From Prevotella sp. (GTDB taxonomy: Bacteria; Bacteroidota; Bacteroidia; Bacteroidales; Bacteroidaceae), in assembly GCA_017470055.1 (NCBI GenBank), contig JAFUFD010000087.1, positions 53,467-117,466 of the forward strand: a stretch of 64,000 nucleotides of DNA. The letters are read 5' to 3'. Made by a program: the position numbers and the translations under genes. Shown in pieces: positions 45,102 to 57,100 of the stretch (position 1 is the first letter of the stretch; the number at the start of each line of letters is the position of its first letter). Below the pieces are notes generated by a model, which saw only the letters and a program-made list of their open reading frames with translations, ran no database searches and was not told the origin of the DNA.

Positions 45102-47489
45102 TTATTTCACATTCCACTGATCGCCAGAGAAGTCTGTACTGATATCATATCCGGCAATACCATCACAGAGACCCTTGTAGGCATGCTTACGGGCATAGTT
45201 CTTATCGAACAGGTTGGGCTTATCACCCTTCAGCCAGTACTCATGCTCCTTTTTGTTATCTGAGAGTGTCCAGATAACGAAGCCTCCACGCTGTGCGGCA
45301 GGCACATTCTCCTTATAAGAGTCCATAACGGCACGATAAGCATCACTCTGAGCCTCATACTGTGCAGCAGAAGGTGACACCTCCTCACCATTGCTGGTAC
45401 CAAAGGATATATCCAACTCGCTGACACGCACCAGTTTGCCTGTAGCGGCAAGTGTCTTGAACATAGCATCCACTTTCTCCTTCAGTTCTGCCACTTTCTC
45501 AGCATTATTGGCAGCATCATTATTAGTACCAGAGAGCGTGATATGCATCTGGGTACCGATACCATCCACCTGACCACCATTCTGATCGATGTAGTTGACG
45601 AAGTCAATCAAAGCAGCAGTCTTGCCAGGAGAGGTTTCCAGTCCATACTCATTGACATAGAGTTTTGCGTCACTGCCAATGGCGGCACGAGCATACTCAA
45701 ATGCCTTGGGGGCATAGTCCTTACCAATATAGTAACCCCAGTAGAAGTGACCGTTACCCGTCTCGTTCACCCAGTTAAGGGTCAGTCCATCGTCTACAGT
45801 CTCCGTAGGCTCACTATCACCATCCATGCCGAAGGTCACGCTACCATCTTCGTCCTTGACACCACGCCATTTATGGTTGCTGTCAGAGATAGGCTCATTG
45901 ATAACATCCCACTGTTTCACAGTCGGGCATGCTACTGCCATACCGTCAATCCACTCTTTCATTGCACCGAGCAAAGCCTCACGCTTCTCCTCGGCAGTTC
46001 TGAAAGTAACGCTGGTGTAGACCGCCCTATGTATGCTATTTTGTCTTGCTGTTGCAGCAAATGGGTCTGTAGAAACAACAATGTTGTCAATATAATAGGT
46101 GTTGGGAACGGCAGCAATGTCAATGCATATGCCATTTATTGTGCCACCTGCTGTTCCTGTCCACTCTATACGTTGCCAACCAGAAGTTACCGTTTGGTCA
46201 CCTTGATAGTGAGCGTTTCCTGTGGTAGAGAAGCGGACAGAGCCCGTACCTTCAGCACACTTAATATAATAAGAAATGTAGAAGGTCGTTCCCTCTGCAA
46301 TGTTTTCTGTAAGATCAGCATGAATCTGTACTTTCCATTGGCTCGTGGGTTCGGTCAGGGTATTCACCACTTGCATACAGCCTTTGGCGAACTTTCCTTC
46401 ATCAGCATTCCATGATACAGGGTTGTCAGCACCTCCGTTCCATTGTCCCCAATCGTTCATGTCTTCATCGAATGTGCCATTAGCCAGAAGATTGGTGCGT
46501 CCCTCATCAGGGTCTTCCTCCGCTTTCTTCTCGCCCAGTTCCACCTCATCGAAATAGTAAGTACCAGCCACCAAACCAGTGTTAATGCACAATCGGGTCA
46601 ATGTATTATGGTCTTCCACTGTAAATTCCCGTTCGTAAGTCTTCCACTCACTGGTAATCTTCAGGTCATTACTGCCCTCTTCTGGATAGGGGGCAGAAGG
46701 CTGTTGTACAGCCACATGAATCAAAGCCGTTCCTTTTTCTGTTTCACAACGAGCCTTAAAGCGGAGAGTATAAGTCTTGCCAATCTCTAAAGGAGCGGCC
46801 AAATCCTGGACGTTTTGCACATCATAATGGTAAGTATTGTCAGTTGGCACCGTAACAACCAGACCTGCAGATCCGTTATAGCCTTTCCCTGCTTCAACGG
46901 TTCTGTCGCTACCTCCGCCCCAGCCCATCCATGGACTGATTTTTCCGCTTTCAAAGTTTCCATTGACCAATAATGTGGCTATCGGGTCATCCGAGTAAGT
47001 ATCGATGTCTGGCGCAATAAGTGTAGCCAAGTAGTTCTGTTGCTGCTGAGTGTGCCAGATGAAATTATGACCGAACACCTCAATGCCTGCTGCATTTGCC
47101 TGCTCGATAAAAGGCGTTACAGTAGAGAGGTTTAATGCGCCAGAAGCAGTTACCACAGCCTGATGCTTCATAGCGTTGCCTGGGGTAAACATCTGGAAGT
47201 TGGCATTGGCAACCTCAGCATAGGCCTCGTTATAATTCTTACTGCCTTCAATATCAGTATAGATGTCAGCACTGATGCCCAAACCTATCTTTGTCTCGGG
47301 CATATACTGTGCCGCATAGTTCTTGATATAGTCATAATTGGCAATCTTCTCTGCCAACTCTAACGGTATCTCGCTGGATACAATGGCACCCTGCCCTTCC
47401 GGAGTATGCCAGTCCATTTTCTCATCGTAACAACTGGTAAGCAGTAACGATGTTGCCGCCAACGGTAATAAAATATGATATAGTTTCAT
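45102..47489 (-). CDS. GH10 xylanase lipoprotein with two inserted CBM4-like modules
   Basis: Lipobox LTSC; NAMKH, GHNFIWH, WDVINEP, GTQMH and VSELD motifs; inserts LLVNGNFE... and NLLANGTFD... Confidence 0.88.
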   Translation of the reverse strand: MKLYHILLPLAATSLLLTSCYDEKMDWHTPEGQGAIVSSEIPLELAEKIANYDYIKNYAAQYMPETKIGLGISADIYTDIEGSKNYNEAYAEVANANFQMFTPGNAMKHQAVVTASGALNLSTVTPFIEQANAAGIEVFGHNFIWHTQQQQNYLATLIAPDIDTYSDDPIATLLVNGNFESGKISPWMGWGGGSDRTVEAGKGYNGSAGLVVTVPTDNTYHYDVQNVQDLAAPLEIGKTYTLRFKARCETEKGTALIHVAVQQPSAPYPEEGSNDLKITSEWKTYEREFTVEDHNTLTRLCINTGLVAGTYYFDEVELGEKKAEEDPDEGRTNLLANGTFDEDMNDWGQWNGGADNPVSWNADEGKFAKGCMQVVNTLTEPTSQWKVQIHADLTENIAEGTTFYISYYIKCAEGTGSVRFSTTGNAHYQGDQTVTSGWQRIEWTGTAGGTINGICIDIAAVPNTYYIDNIVVSTDPFAATARQNSIHRAVYTSVTFRTAEEKREALLGAMKEWIDGMAVACPTVKQWDVINEPISDSNHKWRGVKDEDGSVTFGMDGDSEPTETVDDGLTLNWVNETGNGHFYWGYYIGKDYAPKAFEYARAAIGSDAKLYVNEYGLETSPGKTAALIDFVNYIDQNGGQVDGIGTQMHITLSGTNNDAANNAEKVAELKEKVDAMFKTLAATGKLVRVSELDISFGTSNGEEVSPSAAQYEAQSDAYRAVMDSYKENVPAAQRGGFVIWTLSDNKKEHEYWLKGDKPNLFDKNYARKHAYKGLCDGIAGYDISTDFSGDQWNVK

Positions 47490-47513
47490 AATATTTATCA
47501 GTTTATAGGGTTA

Positions 47514-48962
47514 TTACTCTTCATCAGGGAAGTCGGAAACCAGAGTGACTTTGCAAGGCACAATACGCCAGTTGTCAACATAAATCTTTTGGCGTGTGAC
47601 AGATGACTCGAATACTATTTCGTCATCATTATCATCCTTGACACCAGTCTTGATATCATTGTTGACAAAACTCATACCAAAATTCTGGTAAGTTGCAGCC
47701 TCACGGTCGGCAACCACCTCTGCAAATGTAGGAGTGCGTGGAGCATCTTCATCGTTCATCAAGTAATAATACTTACGGAACTCGCTGAATGGAATAGTTA
47801 CTGTCCGCCATCCTGTAGTACTCCATGGAGTAGTGACAAACTTACCGTTCTCATCCATTGTCAGCCATGGACAGAAGAAAGCCACACTTGCACCAGTACT
47901 CTTGTATTCATCACTATATAATCCTTGGAAATTATAGTTATTAATAAGGGCAATTTGGATATTGCCTGTCAAGTTCCATGGGTCTGGTACATAAATATCA
48001 AACTGAAATGCAACATCGGTGACGGGTGTTCCCTCAGGGATGATTTCATAAAATTGTGACCAGTCATCAGTAGGACCACCTGCACCGGCTGTCCATGCCT
48101 CTGTAGCACGAGCCTTGTTAGCAGCAATACCATCTGTCAACAGACGCTCGGGAATCAATTGACACACCTTACCATGTCCACTATTCAATGGATCATCAAC
48201 GAGATCATCAGCATTAATCATAGACCCTGTCTCTGACCAATTCCAAAAACCCTGACTTCCAGTATCATCAAAATCGAGTAGCATACCCGCTTTCAGATTG
48301 AAATAAGCGGCGCTGTTTGCCTCACCATTAGCACCTACAGAATGTATAGCACCACCTTCTGTCACACCCTCTGGCATTACGAAGGAGAACCATTCGCCAC
48401 TCTCTTTCTCTGGTGCATTGGTGATTTCTGTTACCTCAATACCACCAGGTAACGTGATGATACTTGTCTCCTGTAAATTAGAGCCATAGGCATAAACGGT
48501 CTCACCTGCTTGTGGCAAAGTATTGCTGAAACTGTTAATTCGTGGAGAGGCAGCACGAATGACAAACTCCTTCACATACTGCTTATCACCCTTGATAAAG
48601 ATAATCTTATCACGTAATTCTGGATCTGCAGTGGAAATTGGAGTCTTCGACTGCAACTGCAGAATCATCGAGTTGTCAGTAACCAAAGAAGTATTGAAAT
48701 AGGTGTCGTAGCCGTTGACCAATATCTTCTGTGTTCCGCCAAAGCCAGAGCCCTCTAAGCGGAGGGTTTGTCCTAAGCGTCCCCACACCTCTGTGACATC
48801 ACGGTCCGTCACGTTGGCATCGGCATCTTCCAAATATATTTTATTTACGACAACGGGACCGTCGCCGCCAGGGTAAGCATCACCGTCATCCTCTTTACAG
48901 GAGGTAACTCCTATCGTCAAGGAGACACCCAAGATGAGTCCTATATATTTTAATGTCTTCAT
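47514..48962 (-). CDS. Surface glycan-binding lipoprotein (SGBP-B-like; Ig/IPT domains plus binding domain)
   Basis: Lipobox VTSC; LRLEGSGF and YGSNL IPT-like motifs; ends YVDNWRIVP; downstream of susD. Confidence 0.75.
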   Translation of the reverse strand: MKTLKYIGLILGVSLTIGVTSCKEDDGDAYPGGDGPVVVNKIYLEDADANVTDRDVTEVWGRLGQTLRLEGSGFGGTQKILVNGYDTYFNTSLVTDNSMILQLQSKTPISTADPELRDKIIFIKGDKQYVKEFVIRAASPRINSFSNTLPQAGETVYAYGSNLQETSIITLPGGIEVTEITNAPEKESGEWFSFVMPEGVTEGGAIHSVGANGEANSAAYFNLKAGMLLDFDDTGSQGFWNWSETGSMINADDLVDDPLNSGHGKVCQLIPERLLTDGIAANKARATEAWTAGAGGPTDDWSQFYEIIPEGTPVTDVAFQFDIYVPDPWNLTGNIQIALINNYNFQGLYSDEYKSTGASVAFFCPWLTMDENGKFVTTPWSTTGWRTVTIPFSEFRKYYYLMNDEDAPRTPTFAEVVADREAATYQNFGMSFVNNDIKTGVKDDNDDEIVFESSVTRQKIYVDNWRIVPCKVTLVSDFPDEE

Positions 48963-48991
48963 AATCTTAATTCTTTATGTTTTTATTATCT

Positions 48992-50707
48992 TTAATCGAA
49001 CAAAGTAGTCTCATCGACCTCTCTCTCTCCGAATTCCCAAGCAACAGGAGTTGCATTGTTCTTCAGATTGGGGTTCTTGTTCTGATCTGCATCTGAGTAG
49101 GGCAGTAACATACTTGCTGCTGTAGCCTCTGCTACACCCTGTCCAGGATTAGCACTTGGCTCATATACTCCTGTATCAGTGTTGTACTTATACGTACGAT
49201 TACGGTCTTGGTTATTCAGGTAGTTGATGACCCATTGCTGTTGAGAGTAGGCACGACGTACAAGGTCATACCAGTAAAGACCCTCGAAAGCAAACTCCAG
49301 ACGGCGCTCATGGCGCAAGTCACTATAGGCAAAATTGGGCAATCCTTGCATTCCTGCACGTGTACGAACCTGATTGAAGTAGCCCAAAGCCTCTGCATCT
49401 GTCACTATTGCACCTACCCCATTACTGTTTTCTGTCTCATCAAGAACAGCCTCAGCATAGTTGAGCAACACCTCTGCATAACGCATCATGTGGGTGTTGA
49501 TTCCAGAACTTTGCTTGTAACTCACACCATTGTCGGCATAGATACCAACTACATATTTTTTGATGTTGGCACCATTGGTAGAAGCGTTCTCGGTTTTACC
49601 GTAAGTATATCCACCGCCCTTGACATTGATATAGTCCCATGTATAACCATAGGCGGCTATACATGCCTCACGACGTTCTGGACCATCCAAAAGGAACTCT
49701 TGGTAAAGATCCCATGAGGTACAGGTGGCACCACCCCAGTTCGTCTCTCCCACCATAGTTGACCAACTGAAGAAAGCAGAGATGTCTTGGTTACATCCCC
49801 AGCCGATGGCATCGGTAGAGCCTTTCAACCACTGTAACTGGAACACGTCTTCCTTACAGTTGTTGTTCTCTATCATGAACAAGTCAGCATAGTCATCCAT
49901 CAACTCATAAGGACCACTGGTGATGACTTTCTTAGCGGCTTTCTTGGCAAGGTCGAGATAGTAAGGATTCGTCTTACCGTCGTTGAAGTCGGTCTTCACA
50001 TTAGCACCGTTATATTGCCCTGTCGTCGTCAGACCTGCCATTGAGAGATAAAGACGACTCAGCATACCGAAAGCAGCATACTTGTTGACACGACCTGGTG
50101 CAGAGGATGTCTCTGGCAGGTTGGCAGCAGCATACTCCAAGTCACGAATAGCAAACTCCATGACGTCAGCACGTGGACTGGTGGGTACTACATAGTTGTT
50201 GACCATATCGGTCGTGTTCTCATAGATAATGACATTACCCCACAAAGAGGCAAGATACCAATAGGCGACTCCACGCATAAAGCGCGCTTCTCCGATGCCT
50301 GCAGCCTTTGCACTCTCGCTGACAGCAGACGTAGCCTTGTCATTGATGTCGTTAATGACATTATTGCTTTGTGCAATCACAGAATAAAGAGAAGCCCATC
50401 CTTCTTGAAGACCTTCAGAAAGTGATGTCTCATTGAAGTTGGTATAGACCTTGATATAGTCTGACCACTGGGCGGTGATGTTGTTGGAGCGACCATCGCC
50501 CATTGAATAATATAACTTACCATTAAAACTATTCCACACATAATTATATAAGGTGGAGGTTGCCTGGCTGATAGCATCGTCACTGGCATAGAACGATTCC
50601 TTGCTCAGACTGGAAGTGTTTTCTTGCTCCAGAAAGTCATTGGCACACGATGTAAAGAGTGTACCCGCTCCAACCATTGCTGCTAATAAATATATTTTCG
50701 TTTTCAT
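48992..50707 (-). CDS. susD: SusD/RagB family lipoprotein
   Basis: Lipobox FTSC; GEARFMRG; MRYAEVLL; HERRLEFAFEG. Confidence 0.92.
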   Translation of the reverse strand: MKTKIYLLAAMVGAGTLFTSCANDFLEQENTSSLSKESFYASDDAISQATSTLYNYVWNSFNGKLYYSMGDGRSNNITAQWSDYIKVYTNFNETSLSEGLQEGWASLYSVIAQSNNVINDINDKATSAVSESAKAAGIGEARFMRGVAYWYLASLWGNVIIYENTTDMVNNYVVPTSPRADVMEFAIRDLEYAAANLPETSSAPGRVNKYAAFGMLSRLYLSMAGLTTTGQYNGANVKTDFNDGKTNPYYLDLAKKAAKKVITSGPYELMDDYADLFMIENNNCKEDVFQLQWLKGSTDAIGWGCNQDISAFFSWSTMVGETNWGGATCTSWDLYQEFLLDGPERREACIAAYGYTWDYINVKGGGYTYGKTENASTNGANIKKYVVGIYADNGVSYKQSSGINTHMMRYAEVLLNYAEAVLDETENSNGVGAIVTDAEALGYFNQVRTRAGMQGLPNFAYSDLRHERRLEFAFEGLYWYDLVRRAYSQQQWVINYLNNQDRNRTYKYNTDTGVYEPSANPGQGVAEATAASMLLPYSDADQNKNPNLKNNATPVAWEFGEREVDETTLFD

Positions 50708-50719
50708 ACTTATAATCTT

Positions 50720-53700
50720 TTAGAATGATACGTTAACACCAAAAGTATAGATGCGTGGTGAGGGATAACGACCATAGTCGAGACCTGTCATCAAAGCATC
50801 TCCATACATAGCACCGACCTCAGGATCATAGCCGTCATATTTGGTCCATGTGTATACATTCTGCAAGTTGATGTATACCTTTGCATTAGTCAGATAGAAC
50901 TTCTGAATCCATTTCTTGGGAAGGGTATAACTTAACGAAATATTCTGTAAGCGAATATAACTTCCATCCTCTATATAGAGATCACTCATACGGTTATTCA
51001 CATTGGTGGACGATGCGCTGACACGTGGCAGACGACTACCTGTGTTAATCACATAAAGATTACGGTAATCGTCATCAGGCAGATTAGGATCAATCACTCC
51101 AAGTTTAGCATAATCAATAGCAGTGGTCAACAGATTATTGTTGGCACGTACATTCTCCAAGAAGCGACGGTTGTAATTGATGACATCATTGCCATAACTG
51201 CCGCTGAGGAAAATGGTAAGGTCAAAGCCTTTCCAAGAGAAAGTGTTACCGATACCATATGTGAACTTTGGCAATGGATTACCAATGAAAGTCTCGTCCT
51301 CATTGTTGATAACACCATCACCGTTGACATCCTCAAAAATATAATCACCAATGAAAGTCTTGTCTTTAGCGATACTACTGCCCTCTGGTAAGGCAACAGG
51401 CTGTACGTTACCATTGGCATCTTTATAGTAGAAGTCCTCTGGTTTCTCGAAACGACCGATGACCTTATAACCATAGAACTGCCCGATGGGACGACCTACA
51501 ACAGTACGGGTGACTGTGGTCACATCAGAACCTACTTGGAATGTCTTATCAAGTGTAGCACTCTCTGTATCGAGAGACATGACTTTGTTACGGTTCAGTG
51601 AGAACACGAAGTTGGAACGCCATTGGAAATCCTTGGTGTCAATATTGACAGTATTCAAAGTCATCTCAATACCTGTATTGCGCAGGGAGCCTACATTTGC
51701 CCAAGGGTTAGAGGCTGCACCATTACCAGAAGAGCCGAGGTATGCTGGTAGAGGAATCTGGAGCAGCAGGTCTTTGGTCTTCTTGTAGTACCAATCAAAG
51801 ATGAACTCAATACGGTTGTGGAACATATTGAGGTCAAGACCGATATTGTATGAGTTTGTTGTCTCCCATTTAAGGTCAGGATTAGCATTGTTGCCAGTTA
51901 AGACACCAGAGCCCCATGGAGTGGTTTTGGTGGAAAGCAAAGCCATCCATGCCCAATCTGGAACATTTTGGTTACCTGTAGAGCCCCAACCCAAACGCAC
52001 CTTTAAAGTGTTAATAGTTTGCGACAAAGGCTTGAAAAACGGCTCATTGCTGATTTTCCATGCGAGGGCTGCGGAGGGGAACCAGCCCCAACGGTTACCA
52101 TCGGCAAACTTGGAAGATCCGTCATGACGTAGTGTGAAAGTGGCAAGATAACGGTCATCAAAACTATAGAATGCACGTCCGAAGTAAGAGAACAGCGAAT
52201 TGTTGTTTTGTGTTCCCAAACCTGTTGATGCCGTCACATCACCTGCTGATGGGTCATGTACTGCATTGGAAAGGAAACCAGAGGCGTTAGAAACTTGGTT
52301 CTCCCAATGGCTCTCACTCATTTCCTGACCCAACATAATATTTACATTATGCTTCTCCGCAAAGGTGTTGTTATAAGTCAGGATATTACGCCATGACCAA
52401 TATTTAGTGTCCGTTTTAGTCCATTTGCCAGTACGGGTCTTGTTCTCCAACACACCGAATTTGTAGTCTGGCTCATAATAATAGAATTTGTTGAGGTTAT
52501 AATCGACTGACAACTCTGTCTTGAAGGTCAGTCCCTTATATAACGTAGCCTCCAAAGAGCCATTAACACGGAAATTCATCTTCTTGTTATAGTTCTCACG
52601 CATATTAGCAAGTGCAATAGCATTGATCGGCATATAGACATCGTCTGGACCGTCATAACTACCATCAGCACTTTTCACGGCTACAGATGGTTGGCTCTGC
52701 AGTGCATTCATAATGACACCATTATCAGCACCAACTTCCTGCTTAGAGTCTGTCAAAGAGAAACTAAGAGATGCTTTCAGCCATTTCTTGACTTGAGCAT
52801 CTGTATTACCACGAAGAGTAAGACGTTTGAAACCAGAACCAACAGCAATACCATTCTGGTTCAGATAACCTCCACTGATAGCATAAGTAATCTTATCGCT
52901 TCCTCCTGTAATAGACAAATTATGTGAAGTCATCAAGGCACGACGAAACAATGCCTCTTGCCAGTCCGTACCAGGACCCAGCAAGTCAGAACGTACGAAG
53001 GCGTCACTAAAGGCGACAACTCCCTCGTCAGCACGTGCGTTATGGTGACGGGCGTATTGTTGCAAATTCATCATGTCGAGTTTCTTTGCCATCTCCTGCC
53101 ATCCTATATAGCCATCATAGGTAATCGTTGCCTCGCCTGACTGTCCACGCTTGGTGGTAATCATGATGACACCATTACTTGCGCGAGAGCCATAGATAGC
53201 GGTTGCTGAGGCATCCTTCAATACGTCCATAGAGACAATGTCGCTCGGGCTGATAGAAGCCAATGGGTTATTAGAAGACAACATATCTCCACTGTTACCT
53301 CCGTCTGCATCAATAACGACACCATCAATGACGAAGATAGGCTGGTTAGAGGCATTCAGAGAGTTAATACCACGAATACTGATACTTGTGGATGCACCTG
53401 GCTGACCAGAGTTCGCCTGAATCTGTACACCTGCCGCACGACCTTGCAGAACTTGATCGATACTGGTAGGAACAGAACGTTCAATGGCTTTGGAATTAAC
53501 AGAAACCATAGAGCCTGTTACATCACTACGCTTCATCGTACCGTAACCGACGACAACCACCTCATTCAGCAGAGTCTCGTCTTCGGAGAGAGTTACGTCA
53601 ATCTGATGCTTACCACCCACCTTCACTTCCTTGGTCTCGAAGCCCACGTAACTGAAGACGAGCGTTGCATTTGACTGTGCGGAGATGGTGTAGTTACCGT

Positions 53701-53884
53701 CGTAATCAGTAACCACTCCCCCCTGTGCACCTTTCACTTTGACAGTAGCACCGATAATCGGACCGTCAGCAGCACTTACCGTACCCTTTACTGTGATGTT
53801 CTGCGCATGCATTCCTAATGGTAACATACACAACAGAACCAGCAGCCCAAGGGTCTTTCTTAGAACTTTACTTGTGCGATTCAT
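50720..53884 (-). CDS. susC: SusC/RagA TonB-dependent transporter
   Basis: LKDASATAIYGSRASNGVIMITTKRG; NPDLKWET; terminal VNVSF. Confidence 0.95.
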   Translation of the reverse strand: MNRTSKVLRKTLGLLVLLCMLPLGMHAQNITVKGTVSAADGPIIGATVKVKGAQGGVVTDYDGNYTISAQSNATLVFSYVGFETKEVKVGGKHQIDVTLSEDETLLNEVVVVGYGTMKRSDVTGSMVSVNSKAIERSVPTSIDQVLQGRAAGVQIQANSGQPGASTSISIRGINSLNASNQPIFVIDGVVIDADGGNSGDMLSSNNPLASISPSDIVSMDVLKDASATAIYGSRASNGVIMITTKRGQSGEATITYDGYIGWQEMAKKLDMMNLQQYARHHNARADEGVVAFSDAFVRSDLLGPGTDWQEALFRRALMTSHNLSITGGSDKITYAISGGYLNQNGIAVGSGFKRLTLRGNTDAQVKKWLKASLSFSLTDSKQEVGADNGVIMNALQSQPSVAVKSADGSYDGPDDVYMPINAIALANMRENYNKKMNFRVNGSLEATLYKGLTFKTELSVDYNLNKFYYYEPDYKFGVLENKTRTGKWTKTDTKYWSWRNILTYNNTFAEKHNVNIMLGQEMSESHWENQVSNASGFLSNAVHDPSAGDVTASTGLGTQNNNSLFSYFGRAFYSFDDRYLATFTLRHDGSSKFADGNRWGWFPSAALAWKISNEPFFKPLSQTINTLKVRLGWGSTGNQNVPDWAWMALLSTKTTPWGSGVLTGNNANPDLKWETTNSYNIGLDLNMFHNRIEFIFDWYYKKTKDLLLQIPLPAYLGSSGNGAASNPWANVGSLRNTGIEMTLNTVNIDTKDFQWRSNFVFSLNRNKVMSLDTESATLDKTFQVGSDVTTVTRTVVGRPIGQFYGYKVIGRFEKPEDFYYKDANGNVQPVALPEGSSIAKDKTFIGDYIFEDVNGDGVINNEDETFIGNPLPKFTYGIGNTFSWKGFDLTIFLSGSYGNDVINYNRRFLENVRANNNLLTTAIDYAKLGVIDPNLPDDDYRNLYVINTGSRLPRVSASSTNVNNRMSDLYIEDGSYIRLQNISLSYTLPKKWIQKFYLTNAKVYINLQNVYTWTKYDGYDPEVGAMYGDALMTGLDYGRYPSPRIYTFGVNVSF

Positions 53885-53942
53885 ACTTTTGTTTTTTGTT
53901 AGTTATGATGTTTTTAGTCTCGAGTTTCTGAACTTTACGTGG

Positions 53943-54056
53943 CAAAGATAATTATAATTTTTAAAAAAACATCGTTTTTGTAACATTTTTCGTCATTGCA
54001 CTATCTTTTTCGATGCCAAAGGCAAATGTAACGTATACTTTGCCAAATGTAACATT
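53943..54056 (-). promoter_or_regulatory. susC promoter and TGTAAC repeats in the divergent susC/HTCS spacer
   Basis: caaagata at 53943-53950; TGTAACAT at 53979; CAAATGTAAC x2 with 21-bp period (G at 54028 and 54049). Confidence 0.55.
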
Positions 54057-54151
54057 TGGGGATACATTTCGCAAAATGTTTTGGGACATACCGCAAAATA
54101 CCCTATCTTTGCACTTGTTCTAGTGTAACACGCTAACCTATTTTAGTCAAA

Positions 54152-57100
54152 ATGAGAAGTAAAGTTCTTTTTCTTTTGTTGCTTTTAGTGCCACTGAGTA
54201 TTCATGCCCAGATGGGAAAACTATTCGATGCCGACAAGCAGTTGTCAAGTAGTTTTACCAATCAGGTCTATCTGGATGCCGACGGGTTTATCTGGGTGGC
54301 TACACGCAACGGACTCAACAAATATGACGGTTACCAGTTCCGGGTACTGAAAAAGGAACTTGCCACCGATATAGGGATGGCGAGCAACTGTGTGAATTGC
54401 ATCATACAAGACCGCCAGAGACTTTTCTATGTGGGAATGTACGGAGCCTTGCAGTCGTTTAACGGCTATCGCTTCAAGGACATCAAGGTACATGACCTGC
54501 TCGACCATATTATGCCTCCTTATGTGACTTGTTTTGCGGAACGCCTTAATGGCGACATTATGATAGGCACCTCAGGACATGGCCTGCTTCGCCTGACCGA
54601 CCTAGAGAATGCCCATCAGGTGGGAGGCGCCTTGGAGGATATCATCAGCGTCCATCAGATGACAGAAGACCAGCACCAGCGACTGTGGCTTGTCACTGAG
54701 GAGCAGGGACTGGTATGCTATGATGGCAATAAGACTGTCCGCTATTTCGAGGATGAGACGTTCCGCACCCAACTCCGTGCAGTCTGCGAGGGAAGGGACG
54801 GAAAAATCTACGTGGGTACGGCAAAGAGCGGTCTCTTTGTCCTCAAGGAGACGGGCGTCTTCGAGCATGTCGCCGCCACAGGCGACCTCCCCATCGTAGA
54901 GATCTATAATAATAAGAAAGGAGAAATGATGCTGGGCTATGACGGTCGTGGCATTGGTATCTTCAATCCGCAGACAGGTGTTCTGAGAAACAACCCCTAC
55001 TACAGCCGTGAGGTAGACCTCTCTCTCAGTAAATGTTACTCTATCATCGAGGACGAGACAGGTAACGTGTGGCTGGGCTTGCTCCAGAAAGGCATCTATA
55101 TGCAGCCCCGCACAGAGACTCCCTTCAAGTATATGGGATTCAAACTGGGAGTCCATAACCAGATCGGACAGGCTTGTGTCACCAGTGTTCTCATTGACAG
55201 CCACGGATGGACATGGGTAGGAACTGACAAGGACGGACTCTATAGTTTCGACGAGCACGACCAGCCCGTATATCATTTCAAAGAGCATTTCCCTGGTACG
55301 ATCCTTGGCATCACGGAAGACAACCAAGGGCGTGTCTGGGTAGGAACATTCCGTGAGGGATGCGGTTGGGTCGATGCTAAGAGCCATACCTTCCACCGCC
55401 AGTCCTTGCCACAAGGAGACGCGGTGAGTGTCTTCGACCTGGAATGTGACCAGCAAGGACAACTCTGGCTTGCCACCATGGGAGAGGGATTGCTACGACT
55501 GACACTCAGTACGGGAGCCGTCAAGGCGTACGTGACTGCGAAGAACGCCGTCATCGACAGGAAGGTAAACAGCCTTGTCAACAACTATATCTCCCAACTG
55601 TCGCTCTCACCTGACGGAAAGCGTGTCTACCTTGCCACGACGATGGGTGTCTGCTGTATGGAGATAGCCACTGAGAACTGGACGAAGGTCTTGGGTGGCA
55701 ACACCCTGAACTACGGCACGCCTACCCGTATTGCCAGAGAGTATGACAATAAGTTATGGATAGGAACCAATAACGGACTGTATAGTTATGACCTCTCTGC
55801 CCACAAACTAGAGCACCTGACGAAGGAGGAAGGTCTTGCCGACAATGGCATCGCCTCCATCCAACAGGACCAGCAGGGAATGATCTGGGTGGGTACAGAC
55901 CATGGACTCTGCCGTTACGACCCGAAAAAACAACTCACCTATAGTTTCTTCGTGGACAATGGCTTGCAGAGCAACGAGTTCAGCGATGGTGCCGTCAGCA
56001 TCTCCGCCAGGGGCACCCTCCTGCTTGGAGGTGTAGGCGGCGTGACATGGTTCGACCCTTCTGAAATCCGACAGAGTGACTGGAATGCCGATGTGAAACT
56101 GACGGCATTCTCCATCAATGGCGAACTGGTTACTCCTGAGACGAAGTCGGGCTGGTATCAGGTCACAGACACTACCGTCATCGCCTCTAAGCGTTTCGTC
56201 CTGAGTGCCAGTGACAACTCTTTCTCGATCCAGTTGTCGACCCTCACTTACGACAATCCCGAGCATATCACCTATAGTTATCGTGTCAACAAGGAGGACT
56301 GGGTACGCCTTCAACCAGGAACCAACGAGATCACCTTCAGCCACATGGCACCAGGCAACTACGACTTCTGCGTGGTGGCACAGCGTAACAACCAAGTGAC
56401 GGAAGAACGTTGCTTCACAGTGTATATCCATGCCCCGTGGTATCGTAGTTATATTGCCTATCTCGTCTATCTCCTCGCCATCTGCCTCGCCATCTGGCAG
56501 TATCTCAAACACCGTAAGCGCAAGGAGCAGGACCGCCTGCGACTGCAAGAGCATATCCATGCAGAGGAGATGGGTGAGGCGAAACTGCGCTTCTTCATGA
56601 ATATCAGCCATGAGATACGAACGCCTATGACGCTCATCGTTTCTCCATTGCTCTCCCTCATCAAACAAGACGACGACCCACACCGTCGCAGCATCTACGA
56701 GACGATACGCCGTAATGCGGAACGTATCCTGGGACTCATCAACCAGATGATGGACCTTCGTAAGATTGACAAGGGACAGATGCAGATGCACATGTGTGAG
56801 ACCGACCTGATCAGTTTCGTGGAGGATATCCACACCCTCTTCACTCAACAGGCAAAGGCGAAGAACATCCGGTTCAGTTATGAGCACGATACCCAGATGC
56901 TGCCTTTATGGATTGACCGTGGCAATTTCGACAAGGTCATTGTCAACCTCCTCTCCAATGCCTTTAAGTTCACCCCCACAGGTGGCATCATCCGCATCCA
57001 GATCACCCACGACGACAAGAATGCGACCATCCGCATCTACGATAACGGGGAGAAGATTCCAGAGGACAAACTGGAGCGTATCTTCGAACGTTTCTACCAG